DNA of 64,000 bases, from positions 620,001 through 684,000 of the forward strand of contig RSEE01000025.1 of the NCBI GenBank assembly GCA_003971905.1, written 5' to 3'. Shown piece by piece: positions 37,237 through 51,499 of the stretch (positions are counted from its first letter, which is position 1; the number at the start of each line of letters is the position of its first letter). The notes beneath the pieces were generated by a model, which saw nothing but the letters and a program-made list of their open reading frames with translations, was not told the origin of the DNA and ran no database searches. Origin of the DNA: Moniliella sp. 'wahieum' (taxonomy: Eukaryota). Made by a program: the position numbers and the translations under genes.

Positions 37237-39427
37237 ATGTCTTTACCAAGAAGAAGACTCAAGCTCGACTTCATCCAGCTTCATTCCTTCCATCTCACTG
37301 CACAATGGGGACCTGGTCGAGTTCCTCTCCCGCCCTCTGACCAATGAAACAATCGGTATGTATCTATGGTTTTCCATGTTCAACCCGAGGATGCTGCGAA
37401 CATTAACCTACTAACTCCCCCACCTGATCAGAGTATGTAGCGTCCCGGGTATCTTCGCTTCTCTCGCAAGACGGCAATAAGAAGGTCAACAAGTCCGACT
37501 TGGATACGAAGACGGTGGAACTCGAGAAAGAGCAGGCCGACGCTATGGACCTCTTCTCTTTCTCTTCTCCCTCGCCGACCCATACGCGCAGGGCGTCTAC
37601 CCCATCTCCATCTAACCCAAGTCGATTGGAGCCCCACATGGTTCTCCCGGACCTAGAGTGCTGGTTGTGGCACTTGACCCAACAGTCCGGTGCATCCGCA
37701 TCCACCGTGATGGTAGCACTGGTCTACATTGAGCGGGCACGACCTGCCTTATCCCAATGCACTTCGCGCCTGCCCACCAATGCTTATTGCCACCGCATCC
37801 TTCTCGCCGCCTTGGTTGTGGCAGCCAAGATGACTCATGACCGAGCACTGAATAATAGTGTGTGGGCACAACATTCCGACTTGTTTGTCACGCAGGACGT
37901 GAATCGGATGGAGGTTCAGTTACTGCAATTGATCAATTACCGTTTGGTCGTGAACGAGGACCAGTTGCTTCAGACGTGGTGGCCCGGCCATGGTCATGGT
38001 GCTCAGCCCACCCCTCGGCGAGTGCCACAGTTCCTTATCCGCTTGTGCGGACTTGCAGGCCAAGCCGGCGGGACGCGCACGATCAGAGGCGAGTTTGAGG
38101 GACAAACGGGGGCGAGATATAGCCACGGATCGGTCTCCAGCGTCGGACGACGCCACCCACTAATGGAACCCGCGTCCTCAGCCACACCTCGATTGGCCTC
38201 GACCCAACAGCAAGCAAACCAGTCCGAATGCGGACCTGGGCCGGAACCGATCGGCCACGCTGCCGAAAGAAGGCTTCGGCTAGGCACATGGCCCTCATGC
38301 TCCCGCCCGGCTTGTTCTCAGGGCCTGGTATCCTGCCTTTCGTTTTCTCTCGCTGTTTTCCCCCCGGAACGAGCTCTGTCCGCGCTGGAAACGTCCCCAA
38401 AACAGGGGGGCCCAGCTCCATTGATGCTATTCAGTACGGCAAACGCGGCATGGTCTGCTCCCCCAATGATGATGAGGATTGTTCGCCTCGTCCCGAGAGA
38501 AAAGTCAAGGGCAGTCCAAAGGCCGAAGGGTTGCCAACTATCAAGGCTAATATGGAGCATGTTGCCCTGATGAACTTTCCGGAAGATAAGGGCAGAACGA
38601 ATGTCACTTCCTGTACAGAAGGAAACGCGAAAAATAACACCTCGGTTGAGCAACAAACGAAGACGAGGCGGATCTCTCCCCTCCCCTCCCGTCACGCCAA
38701 CGAGCATGGTCAACCCTGTTCTGAAGAAAAAGAACGAACCAGGGGGGCAAGGGAACCTGACCCTCCCTCATATGTGTCCGACTCCCACCCGCGTCTTTCT
38801 TTCTTTCCTGTCACACCGGCCTTACCTACCGCTCTATCGCGCCCTCCTACTGGTCATCCCACCTCGCCCCGCATACCCCCGTGCAAACATACGTGGCGCA
38901 CCAAACACCATCTTCACTCCCCCAACCTTGGACGCCGCCACGTAACAATGACAAGGGCGTGGAAGACTCCGACGAGACGTCGTCCTCTCCTGACCACGTT
39001 CCGCAGCATGCCTCACCTCGTTCCTTCGTCGGTCTTTTCCACCACGGATGGTTCGGCACTTGCACCCGCACCCGCACCCGCACCTGCACATGTTCCTGAT
39101 CCTGCTCCTGCAGTCGCTCGCACTGGCCCTCATACGGCCTCCGCTGCTCATATGCAAGAGCAACACCCATGTCCCCTCTCGCACTCGTACTCTAGCTGGG
39201 CGGTCCGAGCACGCTTCAAATTGTGCTTTCCGCTTGGTATAGAGGAAAAACGAGAAGAAGAAGAATGTCAACCGCCTGCCCCACAAGCTGTATTAGAAGA
39301 AGAAGCGGAACCCCATACACTTCCACACCAGCGCCACGCCCCCCCTTGGCGCGGGCTGAAAGCCAAGGCATCAGCCTTGGAGTTGCGTACCGCCGCTCGA
39401 TGGCGGTCATTGGTGCAACATTATTGA
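37237..39427 (+). CDS. Pho85-type cyclin (Pcl1/Pcl2-like) with a long low-complexity C-terminus
   Basis: DLVEFLSRPLTNETI|EYVA (intron ~37356-37431). Cyclin box LPDLECWL...TVMVALVYIER...CHRILLAALVVAAKMTHD.ALNN..WA...DVNRMEVQLL.LINY.L. The 3' end is uncertain because of frameshifts. Confidence 0.8.
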
Positions 39428-40610
39428 TGTTCCCACAAAACCGGGGGTAAATAAAGGACAAAAAGCGATTGTGAGCCTAGAGGTCGATGCATCAATTATC
39501 ACACAGGTCGTAGATCCATCTATGGGGTGTGCCAATGATTTGCCTCCCCGCCATTTTCTACAGTGCAGCCCTGCACGTTTCCTCATTTCTTGCCCTCTCT
39601 CTTCAGCCTTCCTCGTTTATTTATCGTTTCCTGCTTGTCTTTTCTTTTTTGCTCCTTGATGTTTATATACGTTGCGGTTTCTAGGTGTTGACTGTGATCT
39701 TGCGGCACCCAGTCGGCAGACCAGGATCGCTTCGGTTCCATCAGCTTCCACGCTGATGGGTATCGCCCCAAGGTAGCACTGATACCCCTGCGCCCTGAAT
39801 TCTCTCGTGTGTGCGCCTCACTGGCCAGTGCCTTAGTAGTCTGGCCTCTTAAGTATATATAGATGCCTTTGCACCCACAAACCCTATACTCTGGCAACAA
39901 TCACACCTTCTCATCCTTCTGCCCATTCGGCTATATGGCGGAGAAATGGTATGTGGCATGCGACCCTGTTACATGGAGACATTTCTCAGTCCCTCCGTCT
40001 CTTGCCCGATATTCTCTTCGTAGTTACCCTGGTCATACCGACCATCCTTGGATCCGTCCTACTCAGCCAATCTGGGTCCGATTGAGCTGGGGACTAAACC
40101 GAGCGCTTCTCCTGCCCTTGCTCTACTACAATCTGGGACAGATGCCCCTCAGCTCGGCCTTCTTTTTGAACATGGATGTTGGGTGGTATGCAGTGGACGT
40201 GGTGACCGGTGAGGATTAGCGCCCACATTAACTCGCCTGGGCGTTTGCGTGCGACCATTGAACCATCTGAACTCATCTCACAAGTTCCGCCACAGTGCGG
40301 TCTTTCTAACCAAGGTCCTTCGCCTACATGTTGTGGATGCTTTACTTTTGAAGATGGTTGCATGGATGAAGTTGTGATCGTTGCAGATCCAGCCAATAGC
40401 AGGACATGGGAATAGGAATGGAGTAGGTACATGCAGAGGAGCAATGCTGGGAGAGGTAGAGGCAATGTCTGTGGGGAGGAGAGGATGGGCAATAAGGGGG
40501 GAGGGAGAGCAAGCCGATGCACCAAGCATAACCGACGAGATGGGTCCAGCTGAGCAACGCACACACGGGAACCGAACAAAAGCCGGTGCGTATAGCATGT
40601 AGCAACACGC

Positions 40611-41189
40611 TTACGCCCACGAAGGCTTGGGCACAATCTTGAACTTGCCACTAGCGTTGCCCGAGTCACCAAAGACGATGACAATGTAGTCGCTACGGGT
40701 GGTCAGGCCGTCTGGGAGTTTGACGATCGTGTGGCCCCGGCCAATGGGGATGTTGGCGTCGGTGGTGAGCAGGTCCCACTCCTCGTGCAGGCTGCCGGTG
40801 CCGTCGTCGTAGCCGAGCTTGATGGCAACGGGGCCGTTGAGGTTCGCACCCTCGGGGGCAGAAGACACGTCCCTGTCAGGAGCAAAGCGGGTCTGGTTAG
40901 CACCTATCCGAAACGAACACTCTGAGAGAGGAGCGGGGAGAGACGAACCATTTGATCACTGTCGGCACGCCGGAAACAAAAGTCTCGCCCGCAGCAGGTT
41001 GGGTGATGCTGGGGTCCCAGACGATGCGCTCCTGCAGGTCAGCGCGCGCGTCCAACTGCTCAGACCAGGCGCCGCCAGAAAGCGCGCCCAACTCGCGCGC
41101 GGCAAGCTTGTCCTGGGGGGCACAGTGAGGGCCAGGGCGGAAGCGGCGGAGGCCAGAGCGGCGAGGGGGAGGAAGGAGGCAAACTTCAT
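40611..41189 (-). CDS. Small secreted protein (basidiomycete Kre9/Knh1-N-like, GDSGN-motif family)
   Basis: Signal peptide MKFASFLPLAALASAASALA. IVWDPSITQPAAGETF...IKW|D and C-terminal DYIVIVFGDSGNASGKFKI. Intron ~40948-40874. TATAAAA upstream at 41292-41286. Confidence 0.75.
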
Positions 41190-43117
41190 GCTGGAAGAGG
41201 GGAGTGGTAGACGCGGAGAGAGAAGTGCGATGAGAGGCGGATGGATGTGGGAGTTGGGAGAGAGACGCGTGGGAGGAGGTCTGGGTTTTATAGGGCCTCT
41301 GTAGCCCGCCCCCCAGCTGGACTATTCGGGTGGATGTCAGCGGCGTGAGATCTGGGCGAGGAGAGTGGGCTGGTGCGGCGGCCGTGGAGGGAGGCAGAGA
41401 GCGTGGCAGTGCGAAGGAGTGGGGCGATTTGGGCGTTACGCATTACGCGTTACGCAGAAAGGCAGGTCTCAGCGTTGGGGCCCGGGGCGAGTCAATGAGA
41501 GCACTGCGCCAGTGTGGGGGCGTCGGAGTTGCGCGCAGGAGGGTGAGACTCGTGTGATGCAATTGTCGATCCTCGGGCGGCTCTAGTGTGGGCTGGTGCG
41601 AGCTGGTGTGGGCTTGGGCGAGCTGGTGCGAGCTGATGCCGGCAACGGGGACAGTCTCACACGGTGCGCCACGTCCGTCTTGGCTTCCGCCACGCTAGCC
41701 CACTGGCACCGTGCCGGGCAGGGCGCCTCAGCCTGCCTGCCGCTCAGCGCTCAGCAGCCTTAGTGCACTGCGCACGGAGCCACTCAGGCGCAGCGCCAGC
41801 GCTCAGCAAGCGTTATGCCATGCAGGAGCTGCTGGGGCGTGGAGCGAGCCTCAGCGCCTCAGCCGCTTCCCGCGGGCATCCCCGGAGGTGACGTCATGCG
41901 GTTGTCCTGTCGTCGGACGTCCGCATGCTTTCCAGCAAACCAAACAAACGATCTTACAGCCCAACGCCCACTCTCACAACACTATTACACGCCCACACCG
42001 CCCACCCCAGACGGTGCCCACCTATTTCTCGCATTCTGCCTCCTCCCGTCAGCAACCACAACACTCAGCCACACTGGCATTGCCCCTCCGCCAGTGCGCT
42101 GCAGACTGGTGGGCATGCGGTATGTCAGCAGCACATGGTTAGATTGGCATACTCGACCGCACAGTACCTATCTGGCAAAAAACTCAGTACTCCTGCATTT
42201 CTGCTTGCCGCAGAGGCCGTGGAAGATTTCGGTAGATCGAAGAAATGCGCAGGGCTGCGAACCCGAGCGTTGTAGGGGTTAGGCCTTAGGGCCTCAGCTT
42301 GAGGCACCTCATGTATTAGCCTATGGGAGTGGGACGATGGATTTCCACAGTTCAGACCACACCGTTGCTTTCTCTCTTTGTTCTTGAATGCGTGTTGCGA
42401 GCTTTGCTCAGCCTCAGCTGCCACTCAGCGCCAGGACAGAGCTTGGCTGGCTTGACTACTAGTTAGACTGGCTTGACTAGCTGACTGGCTTTATTATAGC
42501 CTGACTTGCAGTGGCTCTTGGCGTTGCCGTCACAACTTGTGGCCCTGGTTGGCCCTGGTTGGCCTGGTTGGCCCTGGTTGACCTGGTTGTACCACGACAG
42601 GCAGGACTCGGCCGAGCTGGAATAGACACTACCTCCATGCCGCGCCCCTTGCATTCCCTCCTTGGGATCGGCGGCTCCACAGGGCTCCACCTGTCGACCC
42701 CCGACACTTGTGGTGTTTTGAGATATCATGTCGATCATGCATGATTGCTTCCACCATGCATCATCGGTCGCCCTTCCATGCGTCATGCATCATATATCAC
42801 CCCTCTCTAATCTACCATTCAATCACACGAACAACAACGGTGATGCGAACAGTGCTGGAAGACCATCCTCCCAAGAGTGGATCCCAAGCTTGTCCGCTTC
42901 GTCCGGGACATACCAATTTAATGTGCCGGTTGTTGTGGAAGAAGAGGAAACACGGTCAAGGCAGGGGAAGAGATGGTGTGGATGCAATCAGTCTCGGGAG
43001 GCAGCCCGGAGGCTCAACAGGAAGGGGCGGAACAGAGGCGGAACGGGCCGCTTCGCACAAACCTGCTGGCGAACTCTCGATTGGGTTGATACACGAGCGA
43101 ACCACACACTGTACGCC

Positions 43118-43157
43118 GAATGAGCAAGCCCGGTAGAGAATGAGCAAGCCCGGTAGA
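43118..43157. repeat. Perfect 20-bp tandem duplication GAATGAGCAAGCCCGGTAGA
   Basis: Read directly. Confidence 0.95.
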
Positions 43158-46100
43158 CGTGGTCGTTTGTTGCCCTTGCTTGAAGTTCCACAAAACCTAT
43201 GAATTTTCAAAAAAGGAAAGTGTGCACAGGGGAGATAGAGCCGAGGCAGAGGCTGAGAGAGGAGAGAAAAGAGATACCAGAAGGAGGGCCAAAAAAGGGA
43301 AAAGCCAGTCGAAATCATGAGACACAAAGAGGGGTAGTAAGAGTCATATGGGTCGTCATATATACCCAAAAGGGAAGAATGGAACCGACTGACTCAAGCT
43401 CGCGCCAATTTTCAACTCTGCATCATCACGTTGTCCATCTGGCTCAATTCGCTTTCCGTTTTGCTCGTGCTCCCTATCCGATACCTGTTACTTAGTATTT
43501 TCTACCACGAACGAGCTCGTGCCGCCATTCTCCCCATCTCTGGCTGTGCATTGGTCTCCCTCGGGTAGCCCCGACTGTTATGATAGAGTGTGCTGCTGAC
43601 GTTTTGTACCGTGAACCCCCCCTCCCTCCGGTACTACAGGCGCCCGGGACAAATCCTGATGTCATCATAGTAGTGGTGGCTATGGACGAGACATGACACC
43701 TCTCAGTTCTCCACGATCGGCAATAGGCTTTCGGCAGGATCTCTCACTGTGTTCCGTCGTACCGTAGCCTGGTGCAAAAGGTCACCGTGGACTCAACTCT
43801 ACCTGGGGTCGTCTGTGATGCAACCTTTTTTCGGGTTCAGCAGTGCCCCTCTCAGCGCGACCGACAGAGCACCGTCGCAAGCGGATGAATCGATGGGTAC
43901 ACTATGGTCCCACAAGGAAAATGATACCCCCCCACCCTAGTCTCCTATATCTTCTCCGCTCGTTATAAATAGCAAAAAGAATATCGCTCTAACCCTCTCC
44001 TTATTGTTTCCCGACAATGACAATAATTGTCCCCTCTCATCAACCCACGCACCTTACGCCTCTCCGTTTGCTATACTGTGCCCACAGTAAGAGATCCGAC
44101 GGATCAAAGGTGTGATTCTTACTCTAGTCTCTGCTATGAGACTTGGTACAGGACCCCTTCCTTGGACTGGGAAAAGCTTTCCGTTCAACACCCGGTCTTC
44201 TTGTGATTTGTAGGAGAAGAGCTCGTCCTTTTGTTTTTTGTTGTGGTTCCGTGGGGGGGGTACAGTATAGAGGGAAGGGGCTGCGCTCCTCCTCTGAGAA
44301 GAAGGCTCCGGATTGATGACGGAAAGCGCCGTAAGGGTGGGAGCCATCGCCAGTATTAGCTGTTTGAAAATGTTGTCCGTGGCGGTGTGGCGGGTGCATT
44401 CTCCTCTGTTAAAGGAGGAACTAACAGGATCACCTAAAGAAGTTAGGGCGGCCAGGGAAACTGTGCTGGACCGATACCAAGGGGGACCCCCTGAGGGTGC
44501 ATGAAGTCTCCAACACATGGCCCACATATGGCCGGCCGTCAACGTCATATGAACAGAAGATGTATTGTGGTGACCGGTGAACGTGCTTGATTGAGATTTA
44601 ATATGACCAAAACAGAACATACGAACCGTAGTAGCCGCCACGAGACTTCGCCATCGATCATGTTCTCACGGTAAGAAAGACCATTCATATGGTGTGTTGG
44701 TGAGTAGGTCACTATACTGCAGCTCACAATACAATAAACGGGTCATCTCGATACCCAATGCGTTAGAGGTGGTATCACAGAACCGTGTATGTGGCTCATC
44801 CGATTGACCGTCCAAGGATATATGTACCGTTAAAGTATATGTAGGGACGGGCCCCACTTCGTGCGGCGCCACCCTGGTGTAATGGTGCCGGTAGCCCAAT
44901 CCCGGAACCTTCCGGTTTATTCCTTCCAAATATTCCTTCCTGGATGAGGGCAGGAATGTTCTCTGGCGTCTGTAGCTCATGCGCAATGCAATACACCATC
45001 AACTGTCTTCTCTGTGGTCTTTCGCACTTCAGTGCTCTATTCATGACACGAGAGGATGGGGGCGTCGAAGGGAATACCTGCGCTTCGTATGCACTCAGTC
45101 TCCCTCGCGCTAAAGGGCGGGAGGAGTGGGAAGATGACACAATAGAGCCGATTGCTTTTCATGTGAGTGTGCTGTCGAGGTGGGATTTTTTAGAATAAAC
45201 CCGCCTTGTTCTACTTATGTACTCTCTGATGCATGGGATTAATGCAACCGAACTGGGAGGTGCTGAGACTCGAACAAGAGCGGGCAAGACCGGGTCTGAC
45301 CCGGCTGCTGGGAACCGATGTTTCGTCCTCAAGATGGGAGAAGCCTGGACCAGACTAGCAGACGTAACGCCCAGTGCGCACCGAGCCTCCGAGTACAGAG
45401 ACGAGAGATGCACGGCATGCGGTAGGGGCTGGGGGGGGGCATGTGGAGTCGGTGGGTGATGCTTTTGCACAATCGATGGCCCTGAAAAAACCAGGGCCGC
45501 GTGGAAGGTTGGGTGCTATTGTTGAGAGCGATCACGCATAGAGCTTGTACGATGTAAACTCGCACTAATCGCGGGGAAGCTCTCAGATCTCATTTTCTCC
45601 GAGGTGAGGCCACGACGGTCCGTGAAACTCTTCATGGAAGCGGCCTATTTAGGTCCTGGGTGGCCACAGCGTTGAAAGACTACATCACGATTCCACTACA
45701 AAACCCATTTATGTGATGCGAACGCGGGATGGTTGTATGTAGGAAGAGAACTGGGTTTGTATGTGTTCTATACATGTGGACACAAGAACTATAGCTGAAG
45801 TTTGAAGATGAATCTCCGTGATATTTTGTTACACATTGATCTTGAAGGTCCTGATGACTTGACGACGATGCTAGCCGAGGCCTGTGCTCATGCGATGAGC
45901 TCGAGCTGCAGGCAAACGCCAGGCAAGGTTGGCGCGTGACGAGCGAAGCCGGGTCTCTCCCTGTCCCGTCCCCAGGCGTTTTCGCAAAATGGCATGCATC
46001 TGATGATATACCAGACTCCCCCCCTCCTTGCGTTGGGTCCGGTCAAGTCGAAGAGTAGTAAGACTTGTGTGACTGAGCATGTGCCTCCATGTCTTCTAAC

Positions 46101-48168
46101 CCGCAAAACGTTCTTGAAGGTTGAAGGTTGAAGCTTGCAGTATTCACAACAGTCTCTGCTCTTGAGATTACGAGCTGGATACAACTTGTCGGGTGCGATC
46201 TGATATAATGCGATCGCTGTTACATATTTGGCTCCTATACTCTTCACAGGGAGCAAAGCATCAGTTGTTCTCTTGTCCACCAGCGTTCGGTACGTCGGGT
46301 GCGTTCAACGGTTCAACGTTCCAGCGCGCCACACAGGTTCCACGTTCAACGTTTCAACGTTCACACTTTCAACGTTCACCGGTCACCGGTCATTCCTGCC
46401 TTTTTTCACACACGACTATACTGCATCCAATATGTATGGTTTTGTGGCCACCGATCGTACCGCGAACAGGTTGAGCTGAGCTCTTCTGGTTTGTTTGCAT
46501 ACATAGGCAAAATGATGGTGAAAAGGGCGGAGATGACACGCATCACAGTCGTGAGTATCAAACCTACGCGCTGGGATATTGAGTCTATAGCTTTAAGCCA
46601 CCCAGCTTTTCAAGCTTTTTGACATGAAGCTTGAAGCTTCACTTGAAGTTTGAGCGCTTTTGAGCCTTGAGCTTGAGCGCCTTGAGCTAGCTTGAGCGCT
46701 TGAGCAGCTTTGACCTTCAAACTTTTCACAACTGCAAAGCCCTAAAAAGTTCATGATTGGGATTCACGCAGGGCACGCGGGTCACGTGCTACTATTATAC
46801 CAGCGTAACGCGTAACGCCCTTTTGACTCGTAGCGCGAAGGCTCGAAACGCGTAAAGTGTAAGACGCACAACGGGTTTCGGACGTGGCGAGTGGCCATGG
46901 AGTCGTCCGCGTCATCCGCGCCAGCGTCATGGATGGAATGGTCTGGGGGGGGCAAGCAACTGCCGGGAACTGCCAGTGACGTTATGGTTGTTGCCACACG
47001 ATTAGGTACGTGGTGTGAGTCGGTGTGAGATCTGAGAGGCATGTGCGGTCGCGGCTAACACGTTCACGCGTTCGCGTTTTTACAGGGGACATCACATGTG
47101 ATATGTGAACATGTGAACGTTGTGAACGTTGAGTACGCCGAACGCGCGGAATACGTGGCACAACAGGACACAATATTCCTATGAGTTACCAGCTCTCGCT
47201 CCCCATTCACATATTCACGCCGTAACGCGTAACGCGTTAGGTAAGTAGTAAAGCTAGACAGAAGGGGGCAGATCAGATCTCAGATATCAAAATTGTGGGT
47301 AGGTGGTACACCCCCCTGGCTAGGTGATGCAATGGTACCATTGGGCGTCGATATTCGATCGTGGCCGTGAAAGTGTATTGCCATCGGTCTCGCGTTCAAC
47401 GTTCACGCATTGACGTAAACGGCGGGGGACATTTTCACAGGGAAATCAGTCACCTCGTGATGTTTGGCACGTCCCGCCGGAACCGCCACCTTCGGCGCCA
47501 CTTTGGGTTCATTTACACTGAGACAGGGTTGCGGTATTCCCTAGATTCACTCGAAGCTTGACCGCCGAGCGTGAAAAAAGCGGCCGTGAAAATAGCTCCG
47601 CACGGGGGCAGTGTGCAAGCAGCTCCTCGTTTGAAAAAGCGCAGACGGAAAATGCACGCGTGGATGATCATCACCCATGCCACCGATGAGATCCAGGAGC
47701 CCCCTGCGACGTCCAAAGGCCGAGGTCCACCTCGCCTCAGCGCCTCAGCAGCTCAGCCCAGAGGCCTGACCAGATTTTTCACTCTCGATTGTCGTGCCCT
47801 CAGGCTCAGGCTCAGCGGCTCAGCCTGAGCCCTTGCCTCAGGGTTGTCAGGGCCTCGGCGCCTCAGCCGAACCGTCGTCGTCCGTCAGGGCATCAGCCAC
47901 CAGCAGAACCCGCTAAGCCCATGCAGGCAGAGGCATGCTCTGGCCGCCGCACGCAGCTTGCAGTGGGCAGGACAGGCCATGGCGGCTCGGAGTCAGATCT
48001 CAGACAACAGAGATGCCTGTGGTCTGCGTATGCCTGCCGCCTGTTCTGGTCTCTGCGCCCTGGCCACTAAGCTTGCTCGTGGGTTGGAGCAAGTGAACTT
48101 GCTGACCCTCTCTCAACTCTCGACTTCCATCCGTCTGTCCTTGCCCCTGGCTTCTACCTTCTCACGCC

Positions 48169-49982
48169 ATGGGCTCGGCCAGCACATCTAGCAGTGAGCG
48201 CAGCACCGACCCTATTTTTCTGCGCGCACCAGTCGCCGCACCAAGCGCCATATCCACACCCACAACCAGCATCGCCAGCAGTGGACTCTCCAAAGCACTG
48301 TCCGGTGTCTCCACCGGCCTTCCAGCCCCTTCTCCTCCATCACCCCTACTCCTCGCTCTCCACCCACATGGCGCACGCCTCAAGCGCTACTCCCCCCACC
48401 CAAGGAGGAGACCATCCGCCATTAGGCCATCCTCCCGTTGAACCTTTTCCCAGTGGCCATGGACCCACAGCTCTCGATATTTCGAACTCGGCCCGCTCGG
48501 CGGCCCAGCTGCTGCAAGCTCGATGGGAGCTAAAGAATCAGCATCAGCAGCGGCAGGAGCAGCAGCTGAGGAAAGCCCCTCATAAATCACGTACCCATGC
48601 CGCCGACCCCACCCGCTTAGCCGAAACCGATGCCGCTCTTCCACAACGGGTAAACACCTAAAGCGCAATCGTCGTCATCAATCCCAAGAGCTGGAAAATT
48701 TCCCAAGCAATTGGTCTTCCCGTTCAAGCGATCGGAACCGTCTAGCGTCACGTTCGCGTAGGTCCAGCCGTGCTTCGGTGGAAGGATCTCTTCGTTCTGA
48801 TCGTTCAACCCCCTCGGCTAGGAATAGCTTTTATTCGGCTCATTCCATCTTCAACCCAACAGGGGAACAGGAATTAACGGCATTGGTGTAATTCCTGAGG
48901 TGTCTCAGTCGCACACTTCGTCGCCCTCTTCCACGGCTTCACCTCTCCCTGGCAGCGATGGCCGTAAAAGGACACAGAGCACCACCTCACGCTCAATTCG
49001 TTCGGTTCGAACCGACACTGTCTCGTACTTGTGGGATGCATCAGCAGAGGATGCGAAACGTACGCGCCGCTCATCTGATGTATCATCATTGTTCCCGGAC
49101 ATTCCCGGTGCCTGGACCGAACACCGCATTGAACCAACACCCCTTGCAAAGGGGAAAACTTATTCTACGTCGTCTACGCTTGGATCGTATCCTATCTCCA
49201 ACAGGAAGATCATCCACGCCGCCCTCAGAGCTCTCGCAGCTCTTTCTACCAAACCGAACTACTCTCATCGTCGCCAAAGGATAAAACAGGTCTGTCCGAC
49301 CTAAGCAACCTACGTGCCTTGGACATGGGGCATCGGCAACTTTCCCATGCATCCTCGTTAGCGCGTACTTTGACCCGTCCTCTTTCAGCGCCACTTAAGC
49401 CGGTTCTCCAATTCTGGTTAGCAGCCTGCCTAAGCACAATGGCTGTGCTGTCACTCAGTGTTCTCATGGCTTGCTCTTATCTCTTGACTTTTTACGACGA
49501 TGCGGCCCACAGATCCCGCTCCCTCACCTCGGCCGCAGCGAAAGCTAGGGGCAAAGCCCCCACCGTCGGTAGCATCCTCTTCCCCTTCGTCTGGCTCCTC
49601 TCTGCACCAATACGAGTGCCGTTGCGCCTCTTCTCTCGATCGAAGCCCACTCGTTCTACTTCCTCTCCTCCTGATCTGGACGATGTTGGTGGTCCCGAGG
49701 AGAATACCCCGTCGGGTGCCCCGGGCCCACGACCTCCCATTGGCCCGCTCTGGCTAGCCTCGCATTTGCCCTTACCGTTACATTCGGGCAGGGATGTTGC
49801 AGCTGTTTGTCTCTTACCGCCGCCGCATGTTCCACCAGTATTTTGACGCGGACGTTGACCACAGTCCGATTCGGACGGGCAGACTGGTCCCCTCCCCGCC
49901 AAGTTCACGGGAATCCCAGGGGAGCTCTGCTGCGCCAGTCACTTCTCCTCCATGCCGCGTTACAGTCACAGGCAGCAACTAA
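48169..49982 (+). CDS. Hypothetical Ser/Pro-rich protein with probable transmembrane segment(s)
   Basis: Chain of overlapping + strand ORFs from MGSASTSS. Hydrophobic segment VLQFWLAACLSTMAVLSLSVLMACSYLLTFYDD. No family recognised; exon structure unresolved. Confidence 0.45.
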
Positions 49983-50579
49983 TTCCTGATATCCTGATCT
50001 TGATCTGGATCATAATCCCTGATGACCTCTCTCTCTCGTTTATTTCCTTTTCTGTTAGCGTCTTTCTTGCCTGCCCCGCATGCACGTTGCCACTGTTTTT
50101 CAGACACGGATGCAGCCATTGGCCTACACGCTCCTTACTAATTGTGCCGCTGCCCGTGTCGCGTGTGTAATTTATGAATGAAGAAGAGATGGCACTGTAG
50201 CTGGCACCCTTAGGATACGTATCGGTTGCGTATGGCGTAGAGTAACCCCAGTAACTACAGAGTACGGGCAGTGCCACGGTGCTTTTGCTTGCACCTGCTC
50301 TGAAAATGGACATGGCCATCCAAGGGCGGCGGCGTGTCAGAGCAGTAGTGCTTTTGCAACATTCAGAAGTGGAGACGCTCAATTTCCGTGTTGCGTGGCA
50401 AGCCCTTGCGCCGGGGCTAGTTGAATCGACCGAACGTCAGGCTGGCCAGCAGCCGCAACTGCTAACCCACCACTGTCCACCCAACCACCATTGCCTGCAA
50501 GCGCCTTACCCGTCCCCGCACCCTGGAACCACCTCCTCCCTCGCGCTGCGCCGTCCGCACGACTGAACACGAGCCCACC

Positions 50580-51499
50580 ATGTCGTCCTCTGCCCGGTCC
50601 CAACTGTGGCTCCGCTCCACCTCCTTGCCGTCGCTCTGCTGGCCTTCACGCTTGTCCACAGCGTGCGCACATGATCGAGATGGCACCATATGGGAAGGAC
50701 TGCTTCTTCGAGGATCTGCACATCGGGGACCAGGTATGCCATCCACCCTTTCCCGTTTCCCCCACCCCTCTTCTGGCAACGCCGTCTGAGTCCGACCTGT
50801 GACTGCTGCCCCTGCCCTGTCCTAGCCCCCTTTGACTTCTAGTGGTGTTACGCAGATGACGCGTCCTACCAAGTGGGTGGAAGCTCGCAGCTCGACATTG
50901 ACACTATTCTCACCGACCCCTCTGGGAACGCTTTGTACGAACGGTCGCGCAAGGATACGGGTTCCTATTCGTTTGTCGCCTCCGCCGATGGGCGGTTCGA
51001 ATACTGCTTCTCCAACGAGTACAGTAGTGCGGGGGATAAGAACTGTGAGGGGGTGCTACGCTGAGGGAGGACGCTGGTATGGGTATGGGCGGAGCGACGA
51101 CTCAATTTTTCGATACAGCTTCAAGCCATGGCATTATCTATGTTGAGGAGGAAGGCGACATGTCACCTGTCGAGCGCGAGGTGCGCGACTTGGCCGCAGC
51201 AGTGCAGGCCGTCAAGGATGAGCAAGCCTACCTCGTTGTGCGAGAGCGTTTGCATCGCAACAGTATGTCCTCCTGGAATGGGAAGCAAGCTGAATACTAA
51301 CCCTTCTATGTACTTAGCTGCCGAAAGCACCAACGCACGGGTGCGTACCTGGTCGGTCCAAGCGCTCATGTTGCTGCTGTGTGTGGCGTGCAGATCTTCT
51401 TGTTAAGAGGTGGAGTTTTTTTCTCTTTGGGCAATGGCGAGTGTAGACTGACCATCTTCCCCTGTCTCCAGGCACTTTGAGGTGCGACGTATTGTTTGA
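50580..51499 (+). CDS. EMP24: p24/GOLD-domain cargo receptor (Emp24, p24-beta)
   Basis: KDCFFEDLH, YSF.A..DGRFEYCFSNE, AVKDEQAYLVVRERLHRN|AESTNARV and C-terminal FEVRRIV*. About four introns; frameshifts. Confidence 0.9.
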
